Positions 9,141 to 19,278 of a DNA stretch of 64,000 nt are shown in pieces (position 1 is the first letter of the stretch; each line of letters opens with the position of its first letter). Location of the stretch: assembly GCA_965116885.1 (NCBI GenBank), contig OZ220741.1, positions 4,640,001-4,704,000 of the forward strand, given 5' to 3'. Position numbers and translations under genes: made by a program. The DNA is from Candidatus Latescibacterota bacterium (GTDB lineage Bacteria > Latescibacterota > UBA2968). The notes under the pieces were generated by a model. It made no database searches. It saw only the letters and a program-made list of their open reading frames with translations, and had not been told where the DNA came from.

Positions 9141-9302
9141 AATGACACTGCCCATCAACATGTTGATGGGCTTTGACGAGCTATGAGTGAAGGGAACACC
9201 TATTTTTTTGTTCTGCATGGGATATTTTCGCTGTTCGGCACGCCCAGGGCAATAAACAGCCCATTTCTCATAGCCTAAAAAGTGTGTCAGGGGTACCCTG
9301 GA

Positions 9303-9369
9303 AGCCATTTTTTATGTGTCCAAGCCTACAAACTGAGCCATTTTTTGTGTGTCCCAGGTCCGCAAACTG
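9303..9369. repeat. Two ~33-bp imperfect direct repeats
   Basis: agccattttttatgtgtccaagcctacaaactg / agccattttttgtgtgtcccaggtccgcaaactg. Confidence 0.75.
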
Positions 9370-9535
9370 GCGGCTTTTTTTGCAAAAGCACGTCAGAAAG
9401 AGCACAAAATAATAGATTTCTAGTGCAAAGAAAAAAAAATGCACGTTTTTTGCCACTGCAAAAACATTTGACAATATCTCAAGGTATGTTTGATACTCTT
9501 TGGGCCGTGTTCATAGCACGGCCCGCTCTTTTTGC

Positions 9536-10072
9536 CTATTTCTTTTTTACCATTAAATAGTGGGGTTTACTTTTAACCTGGATATAATACCCACACTGGG
9601 TTCTGGCAAATATATGGGTTGCATCAGCAACAACTTCAGACATCTTCATGTTCTCTCCTGATAGATTCCCAACAAGTTCTTCTTCTGAAAGGTGCGGAAA
9701 CAAAAATTTTTCTTCACTTCGAGGCTCAAGGCGGACTGGGAGGTGTGGTATTATTCGTCCCGGGAGGGATAATGAATCACCCTTTCTTCCCAACCTTATA
9801 CCCACCTCGGATATAGTCACATCAAAAAAACTTAAATTTGTGACGCTGATACCAAACCCTGTGATGCCATCATTGTATATTGCAGGGTTAATTTTCAGCT
9901 TTACCCTGTCATGTTTCTGAGATCGTCGGTAACTTAATATGCCCACTATAAGTGCAGCTAACGCTATGCCCAGAGTTATATAATCGTCAATTTCCACATT
10001 CCCTCCTATCTTAGTTTTTTGTGTCACCTCCTCTGTTTCCTCAACATTACCAAATCCTCTGTATTTTGTCAA
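9536..10072 (-). CDS. Hypothetical protein with one TM helix (start uncertain)
   Basis: AT-rich ORF; TM segment ITLGIALAALIVGILSY. Confidence 0.55.
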   Translation of the reverse strand: MTKYRGFGNVEETEEVTQKTKIGGNVEIDDYITLGIALAALIVGILSYRRSQKHDRVKLKINPAIYNDGITGFGISVTNLSFFDVTISEVGIRLGRKGDSLSLPGRIIPHLPVRLEPRSEEKFLFPHLSEEELVGNLSGENMKMSEVVADATHIFARTQCGYYIQVKSKPHYLMVKKK

Positions 10073-10247
10073 CCTCCCGCAATCCCTCCTTGCGCTTTCT
10101 CTGATTCGATCCTACTACGCCCTTTTCTGTTGTGCTAATCTCCTTTGGTCACTATCCTACATAATCCCCCTTGCCTGATTGTCGCTTCGCTCGTATTTTG
10201 TAGTAATTCACTAGGCGTCTTATCCAAACCAGTAAGAGAGGTTTAGT

Positions 10248-10598
10248 ATGGGCCTTTTCGCTGTTATACTAAATGAGCCAAGAGAAGGATTAGGAGACAG
10301 AATTAAAAGTCTATACCCTGATAGCTATACCCTTTCAGATACATGCTTTTTAATTTCGGAAAAACAATCTTCGTCTCAGATGCTTGCGGCAATACGCCCC
10401 GACACTAGGGTAGAAAAAGTAAAAGTAGGAGAACGAGAATGGTATATTTTAACAGTAGAGAAAATATCAAGTGATATTGGAATGACAGGGGGAAGGTCCG
10501 AGGAAGATATACTTGGTCTCGTTGTGAAACTGAATAGTAAATATGGTGGGTATAACTATCCCGATCTGTGGGGATGGATTGATCAAGCATTGAGGTAA
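10248..10598 (+). CDS. Small alpha/beta hypothetical protein
   Basis: GAGG RBS; 116 aa; next ORF starts 3 nt after its stop. Confidence 0.6.
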   Translation: MGLFAVILNEPREGLGDRIKSLYPDSYTLSDTCFLISEKQSSSQMLAAIRPDTRVEKVKVGEREWYILTVEKISSDIGMTGGRSEEDILGLVVKLNSKYGGYNYPDLWGWIDQALR

Positions 10599-10601
10599 AG
10601 T

Positions 10602-10874
10602 ATGGCAGAGATTCCAGAGCAACGGTTTGGTGATTTCAGGGTAGGTATTGAAAGTAGGCTGACAGGATTAGAGACAGAGATTGAGAGTAAATCTGGTGGA
10701 ATCGCTGATCTTCGGATAAGACTTAGTCAGGTAGAGAAAAAATTTTGGTATGCTATGGGTGCTATAAGTGCTGTAGCGGCTATCGTTGCAGTGCTTGGAA
10801 TTTTCATTAACATTTTTTTTCTTAATTATACCCTTGTCCCTAATGAGCTTCTTGATGCTTTAGGGAAAAATTGA
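10602..10874 (+). CDS. Coiled-coil + C-terminal TM protein
   Basis: Heptad-like segment then a hydrophobic helix. Confidence 0.6.
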   Translation: MAEIPEQRFGDFRVGIESRLTGLETEIESKSGGIADLRIRLSQVEKKFWYAMGAISAVAAIVAVLGIFINIFFLNYTLVPNELLDALGKN

Positions 10875-10916
10875 TACGCTGCCGCTCTGCTCACTCCCGC
10901 CTTGCATTTTTGCATT

Positions 10917-11037
10917 TGGAGTTACCCCGCTTTCGTGGATAATTTAGGAGATTCATCCTAATCATTCTGCGCCATCAGTTTTTCATAGGTGATGGGTGAT
11001 TTATTTATGCTATTATCCACCAAAATGGGTAATGAAA
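10917..11037 (-). mobile_element. IS3-derived mini-element, copy 1 (one end degenerate)
   Basis: TGGAGTTACCCCGCTTTCGTGGATAAT end; minus strand encodes KSPITYEKLMAQND*, an IS3 OrfB-type tail. Confidence 0.8.
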
Positions 11038-11407
11038 ATAATCTTGTTCATTACGAACAAATGCACGTCCTCCTAAAATTTCAAGGTCGCCCGGATACAA
11101 ATCGGCATTCGCCATTTTGGCGCGCTTCCCTTAGTTGACCTGACAATTTCCTTGTAGGTCTGTGCTTCACAAAAACACAGACCTAGCAAAGATGAAAAGA
11201 CACAGAATTATCTTTTTTCTTTTTTATTGGGTTGTTGAGTTACACGCACAAACACTTCCGTATTGGACTGAACAGCTTTGTCAACCGAGTTTCGGCCCTT
11301 AAATTCTGCACTTATGCGTCAATATGTTGTGTTACCAAGGTCACTTTATCCCCCAAGATATTGTAGGGGACGCGGTGCAGTTTCAATACACGGGACGGTT
11401 GTGAGGT

Positions 11408-11608
11408 TTACTGTTTGTTCGACCTCAATTTTTTGTTCGGTACTGTCTTTCGCTTAATGCCTAATTTCTTCATTTTGCTATACAGCGTAGATGGGGGTAA
11501 CTCTAATAGCTCTGCGGCCCCACCCGGACCTCCTACCCGCCAGTCTGTAATTTCCAACACGCTAACAATGTAATTACGGATTGCATCTTCAAACGATACG
11601 ATTTTCAT
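11408..11608 (-). CDS. Stand-alone Fis-type HTH (bEBP C-terminal-like) protein
   Basis: WRVGGPGGAAELLELPPSTLYSKMKKLGI; AAGGAAG RBS. Confidence 0.7.
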   Translation of the reverse strand: MKIVSFEDAIRNYIVSVLEITDWRVGGPGGAAELLELPPSTLYSKMKKLGIKRKTVPNKKLRSNKQ

Positions 11609-11632
11609 CTTTCTTCCTTTGGCAGCTTAATG

Positions 11633-11774
11633 TGGGAGCCTCTTATTTGATGCTGTTGCCGAATTCCGAATTCTGTTCATACAGAGCTTATATTCAGGCC
11701 ACAAACAGCCGTTTTTCCAACTACAGATCCTTCTTGACCAATTCGGCAACAGCATCCAAAACGGGTCAAGTCCA
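11633..11774. mobile_element. IS3-type mini-element with 17-bp sub-terminal IR
   Basis: gatgctgttgccgaatt (11649-11665) / aattcggcaacagcatc (11740-11756); outer end reads TGGACTTGACCCGTTTTGG on the minus strand. Confidence 0.65.
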
Positions 11775-12139
11775 TCTTTCAGAGGTATTTTCCATTTGTG
11801 ATCGCCTCGTACTTTAATATTGAATATATTGGACCATTTGCTATAAACATTCCAATAAAACAATAGGTCGGTATTAGTAGTAAAAACAAAAGGACGGATA
11901 TAATCCGTCCTTAATTTCTACCTGGGTCCGTGTTAGGAAGAATTACGAGTTAGAACAGATAACCGAGCGTTAGAACTGAAAAGGATGTGAACTCTGACTA
12001 GATAGATGGAGGCCTCACTCTCATGTTTGGGAAGTATGAGAAAGTCCTAAACACTCCACCCAAAACGAGGGAACTTCACTATTCGTACACCCGCACAACT
12101 GCCAGCCCCTTTGGATTCTACAGCTACAGTTCTACCCGA

Positions 12140-12853
12140 TTAGAACTTTATTTCAATACCCATTCCAATTTTACCCTTATGGGGGATAAGGCTAAATCTG
12201 TTGGAAGGTTTATGATGTTTTCCAGGGCTTTGCGACTGGTCTCGCCTTTCTATTTTTACATGCAGAGATCTACGCCCTTCAACTGCGCCGGTTACTCTGA
12301 GGTATTGATGGAGTGTTGTGCTCTCACTTGTTTTCCATATCAGAGCAGTAAGAACTGCTGACACACCTCCCCAAACTGACATGATAGTATCCCCATTATA
12401 GGGCGGGTATAACGCAAGACAGTCGAGACCCATTTCATAGCTTGGCGAGTCTAAACACTCTTGAAACCTTTGATTCTGTAAATCCTCTTGCTCCCTTACA
12501 TACGCATCAGCCACAAAATATGAACCAACACAGGCCGCTACAGTTATGACGACTGGTGTCATATCTCGAGATTTCGTTTGATACGATGCTTCCTTAAAGG
12601 TGAACCCTTCACCCTCATCAAACACAGATACTACATTGCCAGTATGCCTGTTTTTTACAATCATCCGCGGTCCATCAATGGTGATGATGCCGTCATACCA
12701 GATGGTCAACCTGCCCTGGCTGTCCACCGATCTGTATTTCACAGGCGCCCCAGAATCAATGCCGGGCAATGAACCAGCAAAACAAGGACTAAGAAAAAAC
12801 AGCAAGCCAAATATGGCAACCGCAGGTCGAAAAGATGATTTAAAAATTTGCAT
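12140..12853 (-). CDS. Secreted/membrane hypothetical protein
   Basis: AAGGAG RBS, signal peptide, hydrophobic segments, C-terminal Phe. Confidence 0.65.
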   Translation of the reverse strand: MQIFKSSFRPAVAIFGLLFFLSPCFAGSLPGIDSGAPVKYRSVDSQGRLTIWYDGIITIDGPRMIVKNRHTGNVVSVFDEGEGFTFKEASYQTKSRDMTPVVITVAACVGSYFVADAYVREQEDLQNQRFQECLDSPSYEMGLDCLALYPPYNGDTIMSVWGGVSAVLTALIWKTSESTTLHQYLRVTGAVEGRRSLHVKIERRDQSQSPGKHHKPSNRFSLIPHKGKIGMGIEIKF

Positions 12854-12869
12854 GGTAAACTCCTTCAGT

Positions 12870-12896
12870 AATAGCATCTAAAATGGGGTAACTCCA
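12870..12896 (-). mobile_element. Orphan IS3-type end
   Basis: TGGAGTTACCCCATTTTAGATGC, 5 nt after the stop codon at 12902. Confidence 0.7.
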
Positions 12897-12901
12897 TAAC
12901 A

Positions 12902-15900
12902 TCAGTTATCTACCCGCTTTAGATTCAGGATGACAGGCTCAGCTGGCCTGGCATTAGGGTGCGTTATGATGGTACAGTTAAGTGGAATCAGCCCTTCAGA
13001 TCCTATCGCAAGTTTGGGAGACGGCAGGGTGTACGCATCTGCCTGCGTGACATCAACGCGGTAGCCTATATCGGCGAGCGATTGGATCGTGATCGCGCTG
13101 ATTACAACAACTCTACCGTGTGTGGGTGTCATGAGTTCGTTGCCGAATACGGACTGCCGCCAGTGAGAATCCTGGCCCCCTACAAATGTGTTCTCCACCG
13201 GCACTTTCGCACCCGTGTAGCCCGATCCACCAGCACTATTGAAAGCCGCGATCGCTTTTGGTCCTGAGAAATACGTGTCGGGCAGGGGAACAACGCGCCC
13301 GCTATATAAGTTCGTCGGGTTCTGTAGCCGATTGTAAGCATCTTCTCTCCACGGTCTAACGCCGAATCCCAGCGCGTGCCCCATCTCGTGCAGAATAACG
13401 TCTCCCAATCTTGTAATATCCAGGTCGTCCTGGTCAAGCTCTATTCGGGATGCGAACGGCAGGACGGACGGAACGCGAAAGAGTACCGTGCTCGCACGGC
13501 CGAGCACTTTTCCATCTCCGTCAATTGGAACGGCTGACACATAGATCACCAGATCATCGACAACTTCGGGGGCAGTGGTTCCCGGGTAACGCTGGTTCAA
13601 TTCATATTGATCGTTACTGGACAACTTATGGTTGGGGATGTCGTGCGTGATGATCTGCTCCCAACGCTCGGCAGCGGTTTCAAATGCCGTCTTCACCGTC
13701 TCAGAAATGTTGCCGACAAAGACAAAATCGATATCGAAGGAAGACGTTCCATCCTTCGTCGCTTCGGCAGTTGCGGAGCGAAGGCCCGTTAAGCTGCCGC
13801 TACAATCCGTACCGAGATATCCGTAATCAGCCTCATAAGTGGTGCCCGGCTCGAAGAAGTTGGAGGCTGAGAAAGTTGACGATGTCGTAATATCCTGGGC
13901 AGAATCCTCCGCATTCGTGAAGGTGCTGCACGCCTCGGCCCACTGGCCGATATTCGTCTTGTGCCGGATTCTGAACTGGTAAGCCCGGTCTTCATTGGCC
14001 GCGAAGTTATCGGTGAATCCGAGCGTGAAGCTATCGCCGCTGATGCTCAGGGTGGGAGCCGATAAGGTCGGCGTCTGGATAGTCGCGTTGAAGTTTGTTG
14101 AGGCGGTCGCACCCCAGGGATCCGTCGCGGTTACGGTAATGGTCGCAGTGCCAGCGGATAGTGGATCAATCAGGACATATCTACCGATCATCTCTACGGT
14201 CGCGGCGGTACTGTTATTTGACGATGCCGTATATCGCAGGCGGGAATCGTCGGGATCGCTGAACACATGATCTGTTGTAAACAACCACTGGCGCTGGGTA
14301 GCACCACCCGCTGGAATCGTCACATCTTCGATGCTGCTTAAGACAGTCGGTGAGGCGTTGGAAATCGTCACCTCCGCCGAACGAGACCACGCGCCCTCTC
14401 CTTCGTCGTTATTCGCCCGCACCTGCACCTCATGGCGGATGTTCCTCACCACGATTTTTGTGATCGTTGCACTCGTGCCGGGGCCCATATGCGACCAGGG
14501 CATAAAGCTACTGCTGCCCGCCCGATATTGTATGTCATAGTCATTGATGTCGGGACCGGTGTTGGTCGGCTCGGTCCAGCTCACGATCAGATTTTTTTTA
14601 TAGCCAAGAGCGTCACCCGCCTCAATTTCAACCTGCGGCGCAGACGGCGCCCTGGGCGGTTCGTTCACATCGGTCAAATGGATTGTCACATCAATGAAGG
14701 CATTGCCGCCACGACCGTCGTCTGCTTCCACAGTCACCACATAGCGGTCCAAATCCTCGTAATTGTATGTGACGCCCGATCGGGTGCGAAGTTGACCGTT
14801 GCTTGAGTTGATGGTGAATGAACCGGCATCAGATCCGCTGAGGCGATAGATCAGGCGGTCACGGTTGGGATCGGTGGCACTGACCGGATGCTGGATATTT
14901 CGATTGGATGCCGTGTTCTCAGCCACGCTGCGGGAGGTGCTCGCACCGTCGTCGAAGGTCGGATCCCGGTTAGGACCCGGTGGTGGCGGTGGTGGCGGTG
15001 GCGGCGGTGGTGGTTGTGGTGGCGGTGGTGGCGGTCTCGGACCACCGCCTCCCCCTCCACCCCCTCCTCCTCCCGACGGCACAGAGGTGCTCCACTCGCT
15101 CGACTCAGACCATTCACTCGTGCCTTCCTCGTTCGTCGCTCGAACCCGGATGTCGTACTCTGTATTTTGCGAGAGATCAGTCAAACGCATCGACTTTTTC
15201 GTGTCGTCATATACCACACTGGTAATCTCATATTCCGCATCAATGAACGCATCACTATCGGCTTGTCGGTATTGCACATCGTAGTCCGTGATTTCAGGTC
15301 CCGTGTTTACAGGCTCGGTCCAGATCACGGTCAGGCTCGTCGGAGCAATTGCCGAGACACTCGGTGGAGCAGGCTGCATAGGCGGTTCGTCGATGTCATT
15401 GATGGTAATACCTACAGCAAGACTCGCCTCACCACCTTCGCCATCACTGACATCGACAGTGATGGAATACGTATCCTTTTGCTCAAAGTTATATGTGCCT
15501 TTTGTCTGAATTTGTCCTGTGCTCTCGTCTATGGCAAAACTGTCTGCATCAGCACCACTGAGGCGATAGGTCAGCGTATGGCCTTCAGCGTCACTGGCTG
15601 TGATAGGATCACCAATGGCCTGTCCAGGTGCGGTATTCTCATCTATGGAGAGTGCCACAGGAGGCTCAGACGGGAAGGTGGGTGCGCGGTTGACCACTTT
15701 GCCGAAGCTATCGAAGAAGAGCAGAAAATCGGGTATCCCAATCTCGCCATCCACATTCAGATCGTATTTGGCCTCATAAGTATCTTGACCTCTTCGAGAA
15801 CCAAACACATCGACAAAGAGCAAGAAGTCGGGGATCTCAACTGTTCCATTCCTGTCAAAGTCCGGAGAAGGCGGTTTGGCAAGCTGCAAGGTAGCACTCA

Positions 15901-16411
15901 GATCCAGCGATACAGTCTCGGTCTGTCCCCCTCGCACGAGTCTTGCACGCACCAGCAGTATATCTGTACCCGAAAATGCCTCTGTTGTGAGAAAGTGAAT
16001 TGCGCCGATAAGACCGCTGCCTGGACTGTTAGCCGATAGGGTTATCCCGATATTTGCAACGTCCTTGCCTGTAAGTGCAGAGGTGCCAGACACGATATTG
16101 GATCTCTTAAATGCTTCGTAAGCAACCTGAGATGGATCAAATTCAAAGCGCAGGAAGAGATCGCTCGCATCCCCAATATCTGCACCGAAGATTTGAATGG
16201 CAGCTGTGCGATTGGGTAAGACATCGAGGGAGGCGATGGATTGATCGCCTTCGGAATTATCTAAATCGAGAGAGAGGGAAAAGCTGCTGGTCTGGGTGGA
16301 TAGCGACCGCGGGAATAGCAAGAATAAAAGGCTTAGCAGGCTGACAGTACTGAGTGCGAGAGGGAAAAGTTTAACAGCGGATTTAAGCATTTGTTTTAAA
16401 TTGAAAAACAT
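12902..16411 (-). CDS. Large secreted protein: cohesin-like + dockerin/EF-hand + cadherin/FN3 repeats + leishmanolysin (M8)-like Zn peptidase (start 16411 or 16417)
   Basis: DFDRNGTVEIPDFLLF and DLNVDGEIGIPDFLLF; cadherin IDENT...DAEG..LTY; FN3 WTEP..YDVQY; Gly/Pro linker; HEMGHALG, SHW, ELMT. Confidence 0.85.
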   Translation of the reverse strand: MFFNLKQMLKSAVKLFPLALSTVSLLSLLFLLFPRSLSTQTSSFSLSLDLDNSEGDQSIASLDVLPNRTAAIQIFGADIGDASDLFLRFEFDPSQVAYEAFKRSNIVSGTSALTGKDVANIGITLSANSPGSGLIGAIHFLTTEAFSGTDILLVRARLVRGGQTETVSLDLSATLQLAKPPSPDFDRNGTVEIPDFLLFVDVFGSRRGQDTYEAKYDLNVDGEIGIPDFLLFFDSFGKVVNRAPTFPSEPPVALSIDENTAPGQAIGDPITASDAEGHTLTYRLSGADADSFAIDESTGQIQTKGTYNFEQKDTYSITVDVSDGEGGEASLAVGITINDIDEPPMQPAPPSVSAIAPTSLTVIWTEPVNTGPEITDYDVQYRQADSDAFIDAEYEITSVVYDDTKKSMRLTDLSQNTEYDIRVRATNEEGTSEWSESSEWSTSVPSGGGGGGGGGGGPRPPPPPPQPPPPPPPPPPPPGPNRDPTFDDGASTSRSVAENTASNRNIQHPVSATDPNRDRLIYRLSGSDAGSFTINSSNGQLRTRSGVTYNYEDLDRYVVTVEADDGRGGNAFIDVTIHLTDVNEPPRAPSAPQVEIEAGDALGYKKNLIVSWTEPTNTGPDINDYDIQYRAGSSSFMPWSHMGPGTSATITKIVVRNIRHEVQVRANNDEGEGAWSRSAEVTISNASPTVLSSIEDVTIPAGGATQRQWLFTTDHVFSDPDDSRLRYTASSNNSTAATVEMIGRYVLIDPLSAGTATITVTATDPWGATASTNFNATIQTPTLSAPTLSISGDSFTLGFTDNFAANEDRAYQFRIRHKTNIGQWAEACSTFTNAEDSAQDITTSSTFSASNFFEPGTTYEADYGYLGTDCSGSLTGLRSATAEATKDGTSSFDIDFVFVGNISETVKTAFETAAERWEQIITHDIPNHKLSSNDQYELNQRYPGTTAPEVVDDLVIYVSAVPIDGDGKVLGRASTVLFRVPSVLPFASRIELDQDDLDITRLGDVILHEMGHALGFGVRPWREDAYNRLQNPTNLYSGRVVPLPDTYFSGPKAIAAFNSAGGSGYTGAKVPVENTFVGGQDSHWRQSVFGNELMTPTHGRVVVISAITIQSLADIGYRVDVTQADAYTLPSPKLAIGSEGLIPLNCTIITHPNARPAEPVILNLKRVDN

Positions 16412-16474
16412 ATACATACCCCGAGTTGTGACGTAAAAGATTGCAAAATGTCCATACAACTTGAGTTATGTATA

Positions 16475-16718
16475 TGCAAAAATCGTGCCAGTTTGTAATA
16501 AACGAGCTAATTCCTTGCGGATGAAGGAGTTGAAGCATATTCGGGATGATTCAGAGATTTTTGAAATGTCGCAGAATAATACACAAAAACCACAAGGAAT
16601 CGCATATACGTTGCGTTATATGTGATATAAATATTTATTTGTGAATAATTTATATGGAAAATAGAGGTGGGATATAGCGGGTGTGTTGCAACTTCGATAC
16701 ATGTCGCATTTTACAACA
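16475..16718 (-). promoter_or_regulatory. sigma54 promoter with upstream enhancer (copy A)
   Basis: TGGCACGATTTTTGCA at 16490-16475; palindromic UAS tgtcgcattttacaaca at 16702-16718. Confidence 0.85.
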
Positions 16719-16872
16719 CATCTGACAAATGCGCCCTCATCCGGGGGACCGGTTTAAGAGGTTACAGGCAGCAGAAGGCGGTGCATCGCAACTGGAGACA
16801 AAGACTGGCTTGTGGCTCGGATGGCAAAAGTACGGCATTCGACCAGATCTCAGTCCTGATCGTCTGTGCAGT

Positions 16873-18684
16873 TCAATCCCTGGCGATGGCGATGTCGTAT
16901 TTTTTTAACTTCCGGTACAGAGTCGCCCGATTAATACCCAACGCCTGGGCGGCCTGAGCAATGTTGTTGCCCGTGGCCTCGATCGCGTGGATCAGGGCCT
17001 GACGCTCGATCTCGGTCAATGGCAGGATCGCCTGTGGTGCCGAGAGGTCTCTTACCAAAGCAACGGCTGGCGATAGCTGAGACGGCAGATTATCTGCTTG
17101 CAGCACCCCGGTCGTCTCTAACAGCACAGCGCGCGCTATGGCGTTTTCCAGTTCTCGCACATTGCCCGGCCAATCGTACTGTAGCAACAGGCGCAGGACA
17201 AGGGTGGAAATGTCGCTTATGGATTTGCCGGCCTGGGCAGTGTATTTCTCGAGAAAATGCCTGGCCAATAGGGAAATATCTTCATGCCGATCTCTCAGTG
17301 GTGGAATCGTGATGGGGAAGGCAGCGATGCGATAGAACAGATCCTGGCGGAACGTGCCCTCTTTTACTGCACGCTCCAGGTCCTTGTTGGTCGCCGTTAT
17401 CACGCGGATGTCGATAGAAATGGGAGCTGTTCCTCCAATCCGCTGGATTACCCGCTCCTGCAAGACGCGCAACAGCTTGCCTTGCATGACATACGGCATG
17501 TCGCCGATCTCGTCGATAAAGAGCGTGCCGCCATTGGCGCGCTCGAAGGCCCCGATTCTCTGCTTCGTGGCTCCTGTGAAAGCCCCTCGTTCATGTCCGA
17601 ACAACTCGCTTTCGATGAGTGTTTCGGGAATGGCGGCGCAATCGAGGGCCACGAACGGCTCATCCTTGCGTGGGCTGTTGGCGTGCAATAAGTTGGCGAC
17701 CAATTCCTTGCCGGTGCCGCTCTCGCCGCAAATGAGTACCGTGATATCGCTTTCGGCGGCCTGCTGCATCAGCTCGTACACCTGCTGCATTACGGAGCTG
17801 GTGCCGATCAGGTCGGGAAATAAACTGATCGTCTCCAACTCGTTGCGCAAGTGATGCAACTCGGCTTTCATCTGCTCGGTCTCAATGGATAACTTTTTTT
17901 CTGTGGTGATGTCGCGGAAGACGAGCACGGCACCTTTCAAAATACCTTCCCTTCCTCGCAAGGGTCTGCCGCTGAGGCTGACATAAATGCCTTCGGGCTT
18001 CTGTGCGTTGCGTATGAATAGCTCAATATCGTCAGTGGCCTTGCCCTTCAGAGCAAGCATCAGTGGACTCTCCTCCACGGTGAAGAACGTCTTTCTATCG
18101 GATTTAAAAATACCGTATTTTTCGATCCATTTGTAGATATCCTGATCCAGCGGAGAGTCGTCGTCCATCCACTGCGCGCTCAAATTATTAAAAAGTGGCA
18201 CGCCATTTTCATCAAAGGCGACCACACCCTCCCTCATGCTGTTGAATACGGTTTTCATGAGTCGGGTGAGATCTTTGTATTTGTTGATTATTCGCTTCAA
18301 CCTGCTTTTCGTCTCGTGCATCTCAAGGGCAGTCAGGATATTCAGGTTGAGTTGTCGCTCCTCAAACGGCCTCAGCACATAGCCGAAGGGGTTGGCTGCC
18401 TGCGCTTGTTGCAACAGGTCTCCCTCAGCTTCGTCAGTCAGATATAACACGGGAACGTCGAACCGGTTGCCGATCTGCTCGGCTACTTCCGGACCGGTGA
18501 TCTCCCCTTCGAGACAGAGATTAACCAGGGCCAGGTCTGGATGCGTGTCCGCGGCTTTTTCAATGGCTTGATGCCCGCACGAAACTGTGGCACACACCAT
18601 GTATCCCAGGTTTTTCAGGCATTCTTCAAGGTGTGTGGCACCGGAGGCATTGTCTTCGACAATCATTATCTTTGTGTCGGTCAT
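16873..18684 (-). CDS. sigma54-dependent activator (atypical REC-PAS-AAA+-Fis HTH)
   Basis: [34 protein letters not shown]-terminal HTH. Confidence 0.93.
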   Translation of the reverse strand: MTDTKIMIVEDNASGATHLEECLKNLGYMVCATVSCGHQAIEKAADTHPDLALVNLCLEGEITGPEVAEQIGNRFDVPVLYLTDEAEGDLLQQAQAANPFGYVLRPFEERQLNLNILTALEMHETKSRLKRIINKYKDLTRLMKTVFNSMREGVVAFDENGVPLFNNLSAQWMDDDSPLDQDIYKWIEKYGIFKSDRKTFFTVEESPLMLALKGKATDDIELFIRNAQKPEGIYVSLSGRPLRGREGILKGAVLVFRDITTEKKLSIETEQMKAELHHLRNELETISLFPDLIGTSSVMQQVYELMQQAAESDITVLICGESGTGKELVANLLHANSPRKDEPFVALDCAAIPETLIESELFGHERGAFTGATKQRIGAFERANGGTLFIDEIGDMPYVMQGKLLRVLQERVIQRIGGTAPISIDIRVITATNKDLERAVKEGTFRQDLFYRIAAFPITIPPLRDRHEDISLLARHFLEKYTAQAGKSISDISTLVLRLLLQYDWPGNVRELENAIARAVLLETTGVLQADNLPSQLSPAVALVRDLSAPQAILPLTEIERQALIHAIEATGNNIAQAAQALGINRATLYRKLKKYDIAIARD

Positions 18685-18783
18685 ACTGTTCGCGTCCTGT
18701 TAGGGTGATTTTTTTGTACTTTTTACACACTTTTACAGTTTGATACCCAAATAGGTCCAGATTTAGGATCAACCCATCATTTT

Positions 18784-19030
18784 TGTTGTAAAATGCGACA
18801 TGTGTTGAAATTGCAACACATTCTCTACTTCCTATCTCCGGTTTTTCCATAAATCACTTATAAACATATGTTTGTTACATATCCTAAATACAGTGAATAT
18901 GCATTTTCATGTGGTTTTCAGCGTCGCATTCTGCAACATTCCAAAAATCTCTGAATCATTCTGACTATACCCTAACTCCTTCATCTACAAGGAATTAGCT
19001 CGTTTGTTACAAACTGGCACGGTTTTTGCC
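18784..19030 (+). promoter_or_regulatory. sigma54 promoter with upstream enhancer (copy B, inverted homolog of copy A)
   Basis: UAS tgttgtaaaatgcgaca at 18784-18800; TGGCACGGTTTTTGC at 19015-19029. Confidence 0.85.
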
Positions 19031-19278
19031 TTTGTACAGACGAGAGAATATGGGAATCATATACTAAAGTGTCAAGATCAGAACAATATACTTGTCATTG
19101 AGAATTTATAATCGCATAAGCGGAAAAAACTGCGGGTGGACCCGGTGGTGATAATAACAGGGACCAAATACCGGGTATAGTCCATACCAGGTAAAAGTAG
19201 ATATAGTCACACACATCCGACTTATGCGAAACGATTTGTCATTTTGCATAATACTCATATAAAAAAGAAAGGTGTCGT

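Noticed and set aside
14978..15075. GGY-rich tandem repeat as a DNA element
   Set aside because: Encodes the Gly/Pro linker of the minus-strand protein
14888..16039. 383-aa plus-strand ORF
   Set aside because: Antisense shadow of a well-supported gene; the same applies to 19380-20264, 57799-58701 and 62938-63672
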